DNA of 63,461 nt, counting the filler, from Caldilineae bacterium (GTDB taxonomy: Bacteria > Chloroflexota > Anaerolineae > DTLA01), in assembly GCA_037446815.1 (NCBI GenBank). It is 5 parts of 5 records of this genome, joined end to end, with 100 filler letters (N's around TTAATTAATTAA, not from the genome) between each part and the next. Parts side by side here need not be neighbours in the genome. Positions count along the whole stretch, not along the records: positions 12,980 to 25,768 come from JBBIHX010000075.1; positions 25,869 to 38,401 come from JBBIHX010000076.1; 3 more parts are not named here. One strand, written 5' to 3'. Shown here one piece after another: positions 18,646-28,404 of this stretch; the stretch's first letter is position 1, and every line of letters starts with the position of its first letter. Position numbers and translations under genes: made by a program. Under the pieces are notes generated by a model. The model was not told where the DNA came from, did no database searches, and was given only the letters and a program-made list of their open reading frames with translations.

Positions 18646-19815
18646 CTATTTCTGTGGGCCGGACGCGTCGGCGGCATGGGGCTGGCCGGCTTCCAGCGGC
18701 GAAATCCGGTGGCGGACTTTGGCGGCCTTGAGGGCCAGGTATTCCTTGAACACCTGTGGCAATACCAGAGGGTTGAACAGGATGTTGACCGTCAGGAAGC
18801 ATTCGTAAGTGCAGAAGCACTTGGTGTCGCGAATATCGCGGCGCATCTCATCGGCCCGCTGGCTGAACCAGACCTTGCCGAAGTCGTAGTCGTAGTCGCG
18901 CACGTTGGCGATGACGCGGTCGGGCCGCACCTCGCAGGGGAGCACCTGCCCGCGGCTGAACATGGCCCCGCCCAGCGTGCCCGCGTAGCACGGAATCTGG
19001 TAACGGTTCTCGCGCACCGTCTTGGCGATGATGCGCGGGCGAACGATGCGCTTGGCGTTGAGCACGTCGGAGAACGGCATCTTGTAGTAGCCCGACAGGA
19101 TACGCGCCTTGTTGTCGCGCTCCAGGGCGCGGTGCAGTTCCTCGTAGCGCCTGATGTCAAAGTCCTTCGTCATGGGGTCGGCCGGCTCGCCCCGCGTCAG
19201 GAGCGTGAACACGGTGTTGACGCCCAGTTCCTTGCCCAGGTAGTCGTACAGGGGCAGCAGCCGATCCTGATTCAGCGCCGAGACCGTGATCTGCACGCAG
19301 ACGCTGAAGTTGGGATAGTGCTTCTCCAGCCGTCGCAGTTCCTTGTACGTGCGCACCGCCTTGTCAAACAGGCCAGGCGTGTTGCGGATGCGGTCGTGAT
19401 CCTCGCCGATGCCGTCTATGGACACGTCAATGTGCAGGTCAATGTTGGGGTTCTGCCGCAGCATGGTCTCGGTGGTCTCCACGATGCGGCCGGTTAGGCT
19501 GCCGTTGGTGGGGATGCCCACGTTGGCGGCATGGTTGTTGACCTTGAAGATGTGGACGATCTCGGCCAAATCCCTGCGGATGAACGGCTCGCCGCCCGTC
19601 GGCGTGAAGAACAGCATGTCGCCCATGGACGCCGATATCTTCTCAATCTCGTCTACAGTCAGTTCGTCCTTGACCCATTCCGTGCGCTGGCCGAGGAGAC
19701 AATGGCTGCAATGCGCGTTGCAATTCTCGGTAACGAAGAAGACGAAGTAGAGTGGCATGGCCCCGTGCTTGTAGAACATGCGAGGAGTGTACTTCAGATA
19801 GTTCCAGATGCTCAT
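18646..19815 (-). CDS. Radical SAM protein with SPASM/twitch domain
   Basis: CNAHCSHC, TGGEP, SIDG...HD; C-terminal CYAG...PCE...CFCTYEC. Confidence 0.92.
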   Translation of the reverse strand: MSIWNYLKYTPRMFYKHGAMPLYFVFFVTENCNAHCSHCLLGQRTEWVKDELTVDEIEKISASMGDMLFFTPTGGEPFIRRDLAEIVHIFKVNNHAANVGIPTNGSLTGRIVETTETMLRQNPNIDLHIDVSIDGIGEDHDRIRNTPGLFDKAVRTYKELRRLEKHYPNFSVCVQITVSALNQDRLLPLYDYLGKELGVNTVFTLLTRGEPADPMTKDFDIRRYEELHRALERDNKARILSGYYKMPFSDVLNAKRIVRPRIIAKTVRENRYQIPCYAGTLGGAMFSRGQVLPCEVRPDRVIANVRDYDYDFGKVWFSQRADEMRRDIRDTKCFCTYECFLTVNILFNPLVLPQVFKEYLALKAAKVRHRISPLEAGQPHAADASGPQK

Positions 19816-19878
19816 CGGCTCACCTTTCCCGGAGCGGCTGTCTGCCGCCGGTGTGGACTGTATCCCTTCGCGCGGCCG

Positions 19879-20865
19879 TCAGTAACGCCGCCCGCGGGCG
19901 AAATCTGCGATTCCCTTGAGCGTACCCACGCCCGACACCCAGAGGTTGATCGGCAGGAAGGCCGCGCTCTGTAAGAAGAACCGAACCCCGCGCGTCCGCC
20001 CCAGAAACGCCAGGAACGGCGCGTTCAGCACCCAGATGGCTGCCAGCGATCCCGCCGCCACCGCCCCCGCCGTCGGCCACACAGGGAGCAAGGCCAGCGC
20101 CAGCAACAGCAGGGCCGACACGGGCACGGATGCTTGAAAGAACCAGGGCACCGAGGCGTAGTATTTTCGCCCCGTGCGCTCCAGTTTATTGCGAATGAGC
20201 GTTTTGGTCAAACCCGCCGCGCGGGCGATATCGGTGAGGATGAGGCTGCGCAAGGTGTATCGCTTCAAGTGCACTACTTGCAGGCGCTTGTCCAGGCGCA
20301 CCCGATAACCCGCCGACAACAGGCGCATCCCGAGTTCAATGTCCTCGGTTACCGACGGGCCGGTGTAGTGGGGGTCAAACCCGCCCAGCGCCTGGAAGAC
20401 CGCCTTGCGGGCCGCCGCCGCGCTGGTGTAGAACACCCCCACGAACTCCGGCAGGCGCGCATAGGTGTAGTGCATCCACAGGTTTTTGAACTGCGATGCG
20501 AATTCCGGATAGGGCATGGCCTTGGCCAGCAGACCCACCACGGCGTGCACCGTCGGGTCTTGCAGGTTTTCGGCCACGAGCGCGAGCGTGTCGGGCCGAA
20601 TGATCACGTCGGAATCCATGAAGAAGACCACGTCGCCCGTGGCCGCCGCCGCGCCGGTGTTCTTGGCGACCGCCGCGCCCAGGTTGCGCTCGTGGCAGAT
20701 GACGCGGCACGGGAACTGCGCCAGAATCTGCGGCGTGGCGTCGGTGGAGCAGTCGTCCACAACGATGACCTCGTAGTCGGGGTACTCGGAGCGGAAGACG
20801 GCCTCCAGGCACTGCCTCAGCGTCGCGGCGCCGTTGTAGGTTGGGATGATGACGGATATCTTCAT
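19879..20865 (-). CDS. GT2 glycosyltransferase with C-terminal TMs
   Basis: ISVIIPTYN, VVDDCSTD, FMDSD, GGFD, TEDIEL. Confidence 0.9.
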   Translation of the reverse strand: MKISVIIPTYNGAATLRQCLEAVFRSEYPDYEVIVVDDCSTDATPQILAQFPCRVICHERNLGAAVAKNTGAAAATGDVVFFMDSDVIIRPDTLALVAENLQDPTVHAVVGLLAKAMPYPEFASQFKNLWMHYTYARLPEFVGVFYTSAAAARKAVFQALGGFDPHYTGPSVTEDIELGMRLLSAGYRVRLDKRLQVVHLKRYTLRSLILTDIARAAGLTKTLIRNKLERTGRKYYASVPWFFQASVPVSALLLLALALLPVWPTAGAVAAGSLAAIWVLNAPFLAFLGRTRGVRFFLQSAAFLPINLWVSGVGTLKGIADFARGRRY

Positions 20866-20904
20866 GCACACCCCCCACGGTAGAATGCGCTTACTACAGA
20901 AAAC

Positions 20905-21017
20905 GAGTCGGTTTCACCTCGTGTTGGTAAACCGTAGGCGCACTCTCGTCGTGTGTCATTATGAGGGCACTGCGCGCCCTCGCAATGACGGGTACCAACA
21001 GACCTTGGAACCGACTC
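20905..21017. mobile_element. MITE/REPIN-like element with 24-bp imperfect TIRs
   Basis: GAGTCGGTTTCACCTCGTGTTGGT ... ACCAACAGACCTTGGAACCGACTC around a GTCATT...CAATGAC core. Confidence 0.6.
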
Positions 21018-21066
21018 CATAAAACATCCCAGTTTTTCTCCGCGGTGCATCTTCCACACGGCCAGC

Positions 21067-24000
21067 CTACGGCGAGAAGCGGCTGATGCCCCGGTCGGTG
21101 GCGAACCAGACCGCGCCGCGCTCGTCGGCCACTATGGCCTGCACGCGGGCCGAGGCTAGCCCCGAGTTGTCCGGCGTGTATACTTCCCAGTTGCGCCCGT
21201 CGTAGGCTGCAACGCCGCCCTCAATCGCAATCCACACCTTGCCGTGGGCCTTGTCCACCGCCCACAGAGGGTTGGGATTATTCGCGGTCTGGAGGATGCG
21301 CGCGTAGTCGTAGCCGACGGCTTCGGGCAGGTGGCGGTAGTTGAACCAGGACGTGCCCATGAGGCGACGGATGGACTGCCGTGCGCCGAACCAGCGTACC
21401 CCCTCGCCGCCCAGCGCCAGCCCCCAAATCTCCTGCGCGGTGGGCGGCATGGCGGGGTCGGTGTATGCTTCCCAAGTCTTGCCGTCGTAGCGCGCGATGC
21501 CGCGGTTGGTGGCGCACCACAGGACGCCTTCGCCGTCCACCGCCAGGGATAGCACCCGCCCGCCCGGCAGCCCGTTGGCGCCGGGCGCGTAGGATGTCCA
21601 GGCGTCCTTCCTGCGCACGCTGACGCCGTTCTCGGTGCCAACCCACAGGGCGCCCGCCGAATCCCATGCCAGGGACAGCGCCCGCCCTGCGGCAAGCCCG
21701 GCCTCGCCGCTCTTGAACGCCGTCCAGCGCTGACCGTCGTACAGGGCCACGCCGCCGTCTGCGGCGAACCATATCCCGCCCTGCGGGTCTGCGAGGATGG
21801 CATTGACGCTCACGGGCGCTTGTTCGCGGGCCGAGAAAGTCGTCCAGCGGCCGGCCTGGTATCGGGCGGGGGCGCTGCCGGCAAACCCGGCCCAGAGCGC
21901 GCCATCCGGCGTGAGAGCCAGCGCCCGCGCGCGGCCGGATGGGGGAGCGACGCCGGTTGTGGATCGCCGCGTCCAAATCTGGCCGTCAAAGTCGGCCAGG
22001 CCGGTGTCCAGGATAGCCCAGATTCTCCCGCCTGCGGCCGCCATGGGCCACCGTGTGCTGCGGGTGAACTCCTGTCTCCACAGGGGTGCATACTGCACGG
22101 CCGCATCGCGCACCGACCCGACGAGGGCCCACCGTTCGTCGTGGCGATAGATGCCCTGGGGCGATGCGGCCCAGAGCGCCCCATCGGCCGTCTGGGCCAG
22201 TGCGGTAACGCCGCTCGGAGCGCCGCTGTCTTTCGGATAGGCGATCCAAACGCCATTCTGGAAGCGCGCCAGGCCGGTATCGGTTGCGGCGAGGATGGTG
22301 CTGTCGGTGAGCACCAGGAGCGCGTTCACCATTCCGGGGGGCAGGCCGGAGTTCTGGGCCGTGTAGGTGATGACGGCATCGCCCGCCAGCAGGGTTACGC
22401 CCATCCACGAGGCGATCCACCGCCGCCCCTGGGAATCCAGGGCAATGTCAGTGATGGGCTGGCCGGGGATTCGGTGCATGACCTGAGGGATGGTCTTCGC
22501 CCAGATCGCGTACACCGTGCCGTCCTGAGTTCCCGCCCAGAGGGTGCCGTCGGGGCCAATGCTCATGGCGCGGAAGTCGCCCTGGAGCGCGCCCGAGTTG
22601 CCGATGCTGAGCGTGTCCCAGTCTGGCCCGGCGTATCGGCTCAACCCGCCGCCTGTCGCCGCCCAGATGTCCCCATCGGGGCCCCGCGCCAGGTCATGCG
22701 CGTCGTTGGAGCGGAGGCCGTCCTGCGGCGCGAGGAATTGGCGGAAGGAGTCGCCTTCCGCATCCCACCGCACGATGCCGCCGCCTGTCGCCGCCCATAC
22801 GGAGCGGCCGTCGGATAGGAGTGCGCGCACCTCGTCGCCGCTGGCAAAGGTGGTCCACCCAGCCAGGTTGACGGTCGGCGCCGGCGTGGGCAAGGGGGAC
22901 GTGGCCGGTTCCGGCGAGGGTTCTGCAACCGGGTCGTGGATGGCGTAGACGGTGGCCTGCTGGGCGCTGCACGCGAAGACCCGCTGACGCAGGGGGTCGG
23001 GGGCCAGGCGGTGGGCAGCCCCGCCTACGGCCACCTGCGACACCACCTCGGCCGTTGCGCCATCCACGATGGCCACCGTGCCGTCCAGCAAAGCGGCATA
23101 CACGCGGTTTCGCGACTCGTCCAGGGCCAGCGACGCCAGACCGGCCTGAAGGCGCACGGTATCCGAGATGCGGCTTCGGGTGTCCAGGAGCAGCAAGTGG
23201 CTATCGCCGTGGATGCCGATGATGGCGTCGCCCCGGGCGCTGTCGCCCGCGATGGTCAGGGCAGCGTACTCGTCGGCAATATCGTCTGGGATGGCGATTT
23301 CGGCATAGGGAACGACCTGCGCGGACGTGAGATCCACCAGCACAACCGCGCCGGGCTGCCCGCCGTAGGCAAGGACCGCGACGCCGCGCGCTCCGTCCAT
23401 CCACGCGGCCACTGGCGCGCCCGCGCGGATAGGTAGCGCGACGCGAACGCGCGTCTCCTCCAGGGAATACCCGTCCAGCAAGGAGAGCGTGAGCGTGCCC
23501 GGGCTGGCCGGAGACTGCCAGACGGTGAGCAACGTCCCGGCTGCTTCGTCCACGTCCAGGGCAAGGAGCCTGTCGCCGCGCAATGTTTTCAAGAGGCGAT
23601 GGGTTGTCCCCTCCAGGACCTGCACGGCCGATGGGGTCGCGGAAAGACCCGCATAGACCTGGTTCAGGCTGCTGTTGACGCCGAGGAGGGGCGCGCCGTC
23701 CGACTCCATGACCCGGCTGGCGCTCTTGCTTCCCTGGGCCGCGGCGTACAGGCCGTCGGCGCAGGCGATCCACACTTCGCCGGTGGCGCGATTGACCGCG
23801 AGGCCGGTGGGCAGCGGGCCCGTGCTGATGGCGCGGGTGGCCTGCTCCCGCTCCGGCGCCAAGGCGTACACTGTCGCGCCCACCGCGTCGGCCAGGTAAA
23901 TCATGCCGTCGGCCGGGTGCACCATCGCCGCCGATGGCACAACGGCATGGGGCAGAAGGTCTTGATTCCGCGTCGTCAGGTCTATCACGGCGACGGCGCC

Positions 24001-25308
24001 TGCTGCCGGCAGGGATACGAATAGTCGGTCCTGGTGCGCGTCCAGGATGATTGTGTCCGGTCGCGCGGGCAGAGTCCAGCGCAGGAACTCGGCCCCGTCG
24101 GGGGCGAGCGCCACGAGGAGGTTACGGCCGGGGATGGCAACGTAGGACACTCCGCTGGCGGGATGGATTGCGGCGCTCCCCGGCGGGCCTGGGAGGCCAA
24201 GCGGAATGATGCGCCCCCGATCCACCAGCGCGGCTTGACCGCCCCCGGCCTGGGCCACGAGGAGGCGGCGCGCCGTCGCCTGCGCCTCAAGGAAGTGCGC
24301 CGATGGGAAGAGGTCTGCGGCCGTGAGGCCAGCGGGCCGGCGCGTGTCGGCGATGAGCAGCCGCCCCCCGGCCCAATCGCTGATGTAGAGCGCGCTCGCG
24401 CCGGCATCCAGCGCCATCTCCACCGGCTCGCCGCTCAGGGCGAGTGTGTCCTCAACGCCGGAGTCGGGGCTATAGACGGTCATGGAAGCCGCGTACTGGT
24501 GCAGGATGAACAGGCGATGGGTGCGCTCGTCCACGAGGAAGGCGGTTGGCGTCGCGGGCAACGGCACGGTGTCAACCCTGCCCGTTCGCGCGTCCAGCAC
24601 CGAGAGCGCCTCGGCGATCTCTTGGCCTTGCGGGCCGGTGGCGCCGGAGAAGTAGACCTTTCCGGCCTCGGCGTCGGTCTCCACGATGGGCTGCGCGCCT
24701 CCGGCACCAAACGAGGCGACGAATCCCGTGTTCAAGTTCAGTGCGACGGCTCGGCCAGAAGGCATGGCGGCCACGGCCAAGTTGTATTTGGGCAGAAGCG
24801 TCGTTCTCCAGGGCGGGGACGAGAGGGCGACCTTGCGCACCACGGTTCCGGTCGCGCCGTCCACGACCCACAGTTCGGCCGGCCCGCTGCCGCCGGCCCC
24901 GCCGAGAAGGACGCGCTGGGCATCGGTGTCCAGGCCCAGGATGCGGCTGCCGCGAGGGACGGGCACGCGGGTTACCCGCAGGGTGCGCGTGTCCACGATG
25001 TCCACCTCTTCGGCGCACAGGACGTAGAGCCGATGATGCTTGTCATCCAGGGCCATGTCGGTGGGATGGGGGCCGATGCCCTGTCGCAGGGGGATGAATC
25101 CGGTGAGAATCGGCCCGACGGGTGCCGGGGTGGGGGTCTCCAGAGGGCGCGGGGTGCGTGGTATGGGTGCGGGCGTGCCCGGCGCGGGCGTGCCGCCCAT
25201 AGGCCCGCACGCGCCGAGAACGAGCGCGGCGAGGGCCAGGGCCAGCGCCACGGCCAGCGGCAATGCGCGCCTCTTTGCTCTGCGTCGGGGTCCCGCGAGA
25301 AACGTCAT
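21067..25308 (-). CDS. Large lipoprotein with YVTN/YncE-type and two-component-regulator-type beta-propellers
   Basis: Lipobox LVLGAC; repeats such as D..G.LW.GT..G and NSGL...V.AI..D; start moved to ATG 25308. Confidence 0.8.
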   Translation of the reverse strand: MTFLAGPRRRAKRRALPLAVALALALAALVLGACGPMGGTPAPGTPAPIPRTPRPLETPTPAPVGPILTGFIPLRQGIGPHPTDMALDDKHHRLYVLCAEEVDIVDTRTLRVTRVPVPRGSRILGLDTDAQRVLLGGAGGSGPAELWVVDGATGTVVRKVALSSPPWRTTLLPKYNLAVAAMPSGRAVALNLNTGFVASFGAGGAQPIVETDAEAGKVYFSGATGPQGQEIAEALSVLDARTGRVDTVPLPATPTAFLVDERTHRLFILHQYAASMTVYSPDSGVEDTLALSGEPVEMALDAGASALYISDWAGGRLLIADTRRPAGLTAADLFPSAHFLEAQATARRLLVAQAGGGQAALVDRGRIIPLGLPGPPGSAAIHPASGVSYVAIPGRNLLVALAPDGAEFLRWTLPARPDTIILDAHQDRLFVSLPAAGAVAVIDLTTRNQDLLPHAVVPSAAMVHPADGMIYLADAVGATVYALAPEREQATRAISTGPLPTGLAVNRATGEVWIACADGLYAAAQGSKSASRVMESDGAPLLGVNSSLNQVYAGLSATPSAVQVLEGTTHRLLKTLRGDRLLALDVDEAAGTLLTVWQSPASPGTLTLSLLDGYSLEETRVRVALPIRAGAPVAAWMDGARGVAVLAYGGQPGAVVLVDLTSAQVVPYAEIAIPDDIADEYAALTIAGDSARGDAIIGIHGDSHLLLLDTRSRISDTVRLQAGLASLALDESRNRVYAALLDGTVAIVDGATAEVVSQVAVGGAAHRLAPDPLRQRVFACSAQQATVYAIHDPVAEPSPEPATSPLPTPAPTVNLAGWTTFASGDEVRALLSDGRSVWAATGGGIVRWDAEGDSFRQFLAPQDGLRSNDAHDLARGPDGDIWAATGGGLSRYAGPDWDTLSIGNSGALQGDFRAMSIGPDGTLWAGTQDGTVYAIWAKTIPQVMHRIPGQPITDIALDSQGRRWIASWMGVTLLAGDAVITYTAQNSGLPPGMVNALLVLTDSTILAATDTGLARFQNGVWIAYPKDSGAPSGVTALAQTADGALWAASPQGIYRHDERWALVGSVRDAAVQYAPLWRQEFTRSTRWPMAAAGGRIWAILDTGLADFDGQIWTRRSTTGVAPPSGRARALALTPDGALWAGFAGSAPARYQAGRWTTFSAREQAPVSVNAILADPQGGIWFAADGGVALYDGQRWTAFKSGEAGLAAGRALSLAWDSAGALWVGTENGVSVRRKDAWTSYAPGANGLPGGRVLSLAVDGEGVLWCATNRGIARYDGKTWEAYTDPAMPPTAQEIWGLALGGEGVRWFGARQSIRRLMGTSWFNYRHLPEAVGYDYARILQTANNPNPLWAVDKAHGKVWIAIEGGVAAYDGRNWEVYTPDNSGLASARVQAIVADERGAVWFATDRGISRFSP

Positions 25309-25435
25309 GCAGCGCCTCCGCCGCCATTGTAGCATAGGTTGGCGGGATGGGGTAAAGCGGGTGTGGGGGCGTAGTCCGCGTGCGCCGCACGCTGCCCCAG
25401 ATATCATTGCGGGCTGGGCGATCCAGCGGGACGGT

Positions 25436-25768
25436 ATCCACGGATACCACGGATTGCGCGGATGGGGTGGGAGATTCTTCGCCGCTTCGCGGCTCGGGAT
25501 GACGGTTTTGTAACCGCGAATGAACGCGAATCTACGCGAATGGGGCACGTGCGACGCACCTGCGAGGTGCGTCGCACGTTGTCCCTCACCCCAGCCCTCT
25601 CCTGTGGAACCCGGTCGCCTCGCCGGACTCAGTTCCATCTTGTGTTGGTGAAACGCATGGACACTCTCCTCGTGTGTCGTTGCGAGCGAAGCGAAGCAAC
25701 CTCACGCCCCGGGGATTGCTTCGGGCGCTGTGCGCCCTCGCAATGACAAACACCAACCGACTTTGGAA
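25436..25768. repeat. Mosaic REP-like cluster including a TIR-bounded element (25626 to contig end)
   Basis: Modules ATCCACGGATACCACGGAT, AGATTCTTCGCC..GATGAC, family C palindrome, CCCTCACCCCAGCCCTCTCC, TIR GACTCAGTTCCATCTTGTGTTGGT. Confidence 0.8.
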
Positions 25769-25868
25769 NNNNNNNNNNNNNNNNNNNNNNNNNNNNNNNN
25801 NNNNNNNNNNNNTTAATTAATTAANNNNNNNNNNNNNNNNNNNNNNNNNNNNNNNNNNNNNNNNNNNN
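25769..25868. other. Artificial contig linker
   Basis: N-run, TTAATTAATTAA, N-run. Confidence 0.99.
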
Positions 25869-26031
25869 GATTGCGGGGGTTGTGTTTCAGGAAGCGATCC
25901 CATAGGATGTAGGCCATCGGCGCAGCGCCCATGGGCGCGCCAGGATGCCCAGAATTGGCTTTCTGGACGGCGTCTGCCGAGAGGAAGCGAATTGTGTTGA
26001 CGCATTGTGTGTCCAACGCAGTTTGGCTCAT
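25869..26031 (-). CDS. tkt: Transketolase, N-terminal fragment cut by contig end
   Basis: [33 protein letters not shown]. Confidence 0.93.
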
Positions 26032-26134
26032 GACGTGTTCCTCCTTGCCGTTGGCGGGCTTTTCGGCGAAATGGCCGCCGACATTATACGGCAGGCGGCG
26101 CGAGAATGCCAGCGGGAGGTTGCCGGGAGGTATC

Positions 26135-26462
26135 CGCGAATAACACGAATCCACACGAATAGGTTGGGATGTATCCTGGGATGACGCGGGTTGCGCGGAC
26201 AAACGTGCGACGCACCTCGTATTGTCATGCTGAGCCGAGGGCGAAGCATCTCCAGGTTTGCATCCGCGGATAACACGGATGAGGCAAAGTAGAGCAAATT
26301 GCCGATGTGCTCCACGAGATTCTTCGCGGCTTCGCCGCTCAGAATGACAGTCCCATAACCGCGAGCGCGCGCGAACAGGAACGTGCGACGCGCCTCCGAG
26401 GAAGGTCGGCCGTGAGGGCAGGCCCCCTCGCCCGCGGCGCGGGAGAGGGCTTGGGTGAGGGG
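26135..26462. repeat. Mosaic REP-like cluster
   Basis: Same module families as 25436-25610 and 30641-31033. Confidence 0.75.
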
Positions 26463-26570
26463 GCTTCGGGGCTTCGCCCGCCAGGTCAGTTTGGCAAGAT
26501 GGGGCTTGCGGCGTTACAATAGCGGCGCATCGTGTGGCGGATAGAAATACTTTACGAGGAGGTGAAGTAT

Positions 26571-26675
26571 TTGCTGATAGTTGTTGTCCCCTTGGTGTTC
26601 TGTCTGTGTTGCGCCATTCTCCCCAGTCTGTTTCTGCTCGGCTTATATTCCAACCTTCAGGAGGCGTTCGGATGA
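26571..26675 (+). CDS. Putative 34-aa hydrophobic uORF coupled to hutH
   Basis: AGGAGGTGA SD then [37 protein letters not shown]; stop overlaps the hutH ATG (ATGA). Confidence 0.4.
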   Translation: MLIVVVPLVFCLCCAILPSLFLLGLYSNLQEAFG

Positions 26676-28195
26676 CCATTGTATTGGACGGCACGAACCT
26701 GACCGTAGACGCGCTGGTACGGATTGCCCGGCACGGCGAGCGCGTGGAATTGCACCCCGATTCGCTGGAGAAGATCAAGGCTTGCCGCGCCATGCTGGAA
26801 GAGAAGATTCAGGCGCGCGAGATCATGTACGGGGTCAACACCGGCATCGGAGAGTTTTCGGAAATCGTGCTCACCGATGAGCAGGTGAGGGACTTCCAGC
26901 GGTATCTCATCTACAATCACGCGGCGGGCATTGGCGATCCTATGCCGATTGAGCACGTGCGCGCGGCCATGGCGAGCCGCATCAACGTGCACGCGCACGG
27001 GAACTCCGGCTGCCGCCCGGAGATCACCCTTACCATGGTGGAGATGCTCAACAGGGGCGTTACGCCCTATGTGTGTCAGAAGGGGTCGGTGGGGGCGTGC
27101 GGCGATTTGGCGCCCATGTCCCAGATTGCGCTGCTCCTGCTGGGCGAGGGGCAGGCGTACTACAAGGGCGAACTCCTGCCCGGGCACGTGGCGATGGAGC
27201 GGGCGGGCATCCCGATTCCCGGCTTGCAGGCGCGCGACGGCCTTGCCGCCATCAACGGCTCCAACGTGCTTACGGCCATGAGCGCCTTGTTCCTGTATGA
27301 CGCGAACAACTGGCTGAAGCAGGCCGAGATCGCTGCGGCCATGTCGCTGGAGGCGCTGCTGGCGAACATGAAGCCGTATCACCCCAAGATTCACGAGGCG
27401 CGGGGCTTCCCGGGCGCCATCCGCAGCGCGAGGGCGATCCGCATGGTCCTGGCAGGCAGCGACCTGGCGGAGGGGCGGCTGAAGGTGAAGGTGCAGGACG
27501 CCTACTCCATGCGCTCCACACCCCAGGTCATCGGCGCGGCGCACGATGCGCTGGCATGGGCGCGCTCGCAGGTGGAGATTGAACTCAACGGCGTGGCGGA
27601 CAATCCCATCTTCTTCCCGGAGGAGCGGCTGCAACTGTCGGGCGCCAACTTCCAGGGGTCACCGGTGTCGCTGCCCATGGACATGGCGGGGGCGGCCATC
27701 ACCATGGTGTCGGTGCTGTCGGAGCGCAGGCTGAACCGCCTGAACAACCCGGCGCTGAGCGTGGGCCTGCCGCCCTTCCTGACAAAAGGCGCGGGGATGT
27801 TCTCGGGTCTGATGTTGAGCCAGTACACGGCGGACATGCAGATTGTGGAGCAGCGTATCCTGTCCATGCCGGCCTCTATTCAGTCCATACCGGCAGCCGC
27901 AGACCAGGAGGATTTCGTCTCCATGGGCATGAACACGGCGCTAAAGAACATGCAGATTCTGGACAATGCCTATGGGGTGCTGGGGATTGAGTTCATGGCT
28001 GCGGCGCAGGCGCTGGACTTCCGCAACCACACGTTCGGCCGCGGCGTGGCGAAGGCGAAAGAGGTCATTCGCCGGCATGTGGCCTTTCTGGATGTGGATC
28101 GGCCGCTGTATCCCGATCACAACACGATGAAGGAACTCGTCAAGTCGTGCGAGATTCTGCGCGAGGTGGAGGCCGTAGTCGGCAGCCTCGGCTAG
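26672..28195 (+). CDS. hutH: Histidine ammonia-lyase (MIO family) with an Ala-Cys-Gly triad
   Basis: [42 protein letters not shown]. Confidence 0.85.
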   Translation: MTIVLDGTNLTVDALVRIARHGERVELHPDSLEKIKACRAMLEEKIQAREIMYGVNTGIGEFSEIVLTDEQVRDFQRYLIYNHAAGIGDPMPIEHVRAAMASRINVHAHGNSGCRPEITLTMVEMLNRGVTPYVCQKGSVGACGDLAPMSQIALLLLGEGQAYYKGELLPGHVAMERAGIPIPGLQARDGLAAINGSNVLTAMSALFLYDANNWLKQAEIAAAMSLEALLANMKPYHPKIHEARGFPGAIRSARAIRMVLAGSDLAEGRLKVKVQDAYSMRSTPQVIGAAHDALAWARSQVEIELNGVADNPIFFPEERLQLSGANFQGSPVSLPMDMAGAAITMVSVLSERRLNRLNNPALSVGLPPFLTKGAGMFSGLMLSQYTADMQIVEQRILSMPASIQSIPAAADQEDFVSMGMNTALKNMQILDNAYGVLGIEFMAAAQALDFRNHTFGRGVAKAKEVIRRHVAFLDVDRPLYPDHNTMKELVKSCEILREVEAVVGSLG

Positions 28196-28217
28196 CACTA
28201 CAACCGCATTTTCTACC

Positions 28218-28286
28218 GTCATGCTGAGCCAAAGGCGAAGCATCTCGGTTGGCGAGATTCTTCGCCGCTTCGCGGCTCAGAATGAC
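28218..28286. repeat. REP-like pair (families A and B)
   Basis: GTCATGCTGAGCCAAAGGCGAAGCATCT ... AGATTCTTCGCCGCTTCGCGGCTCAGAATGAC. Confidence 0.8.
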
Positions 28287-28404
28287 CGATGCGGTTGCAA
28301 TACCAGGCAGGCTGTGCGCGCTTGTTGCGGTTCGGCGAAAAAAACAAGGACGGGGGACCCATCGCGGGCCTCCCGTCCTTGCGTACCCGCGCCATTGCGG
28401 GGTG

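Noticed and set aside
18646..19815. Radical SAM enzyme as a definite maturase of the 41-aa peptides
   Set aside because: It is embedded between glycosyltransferases on the opposite strand, with no evident RiPP recognition element; sugar tailoring is more parsimonious.
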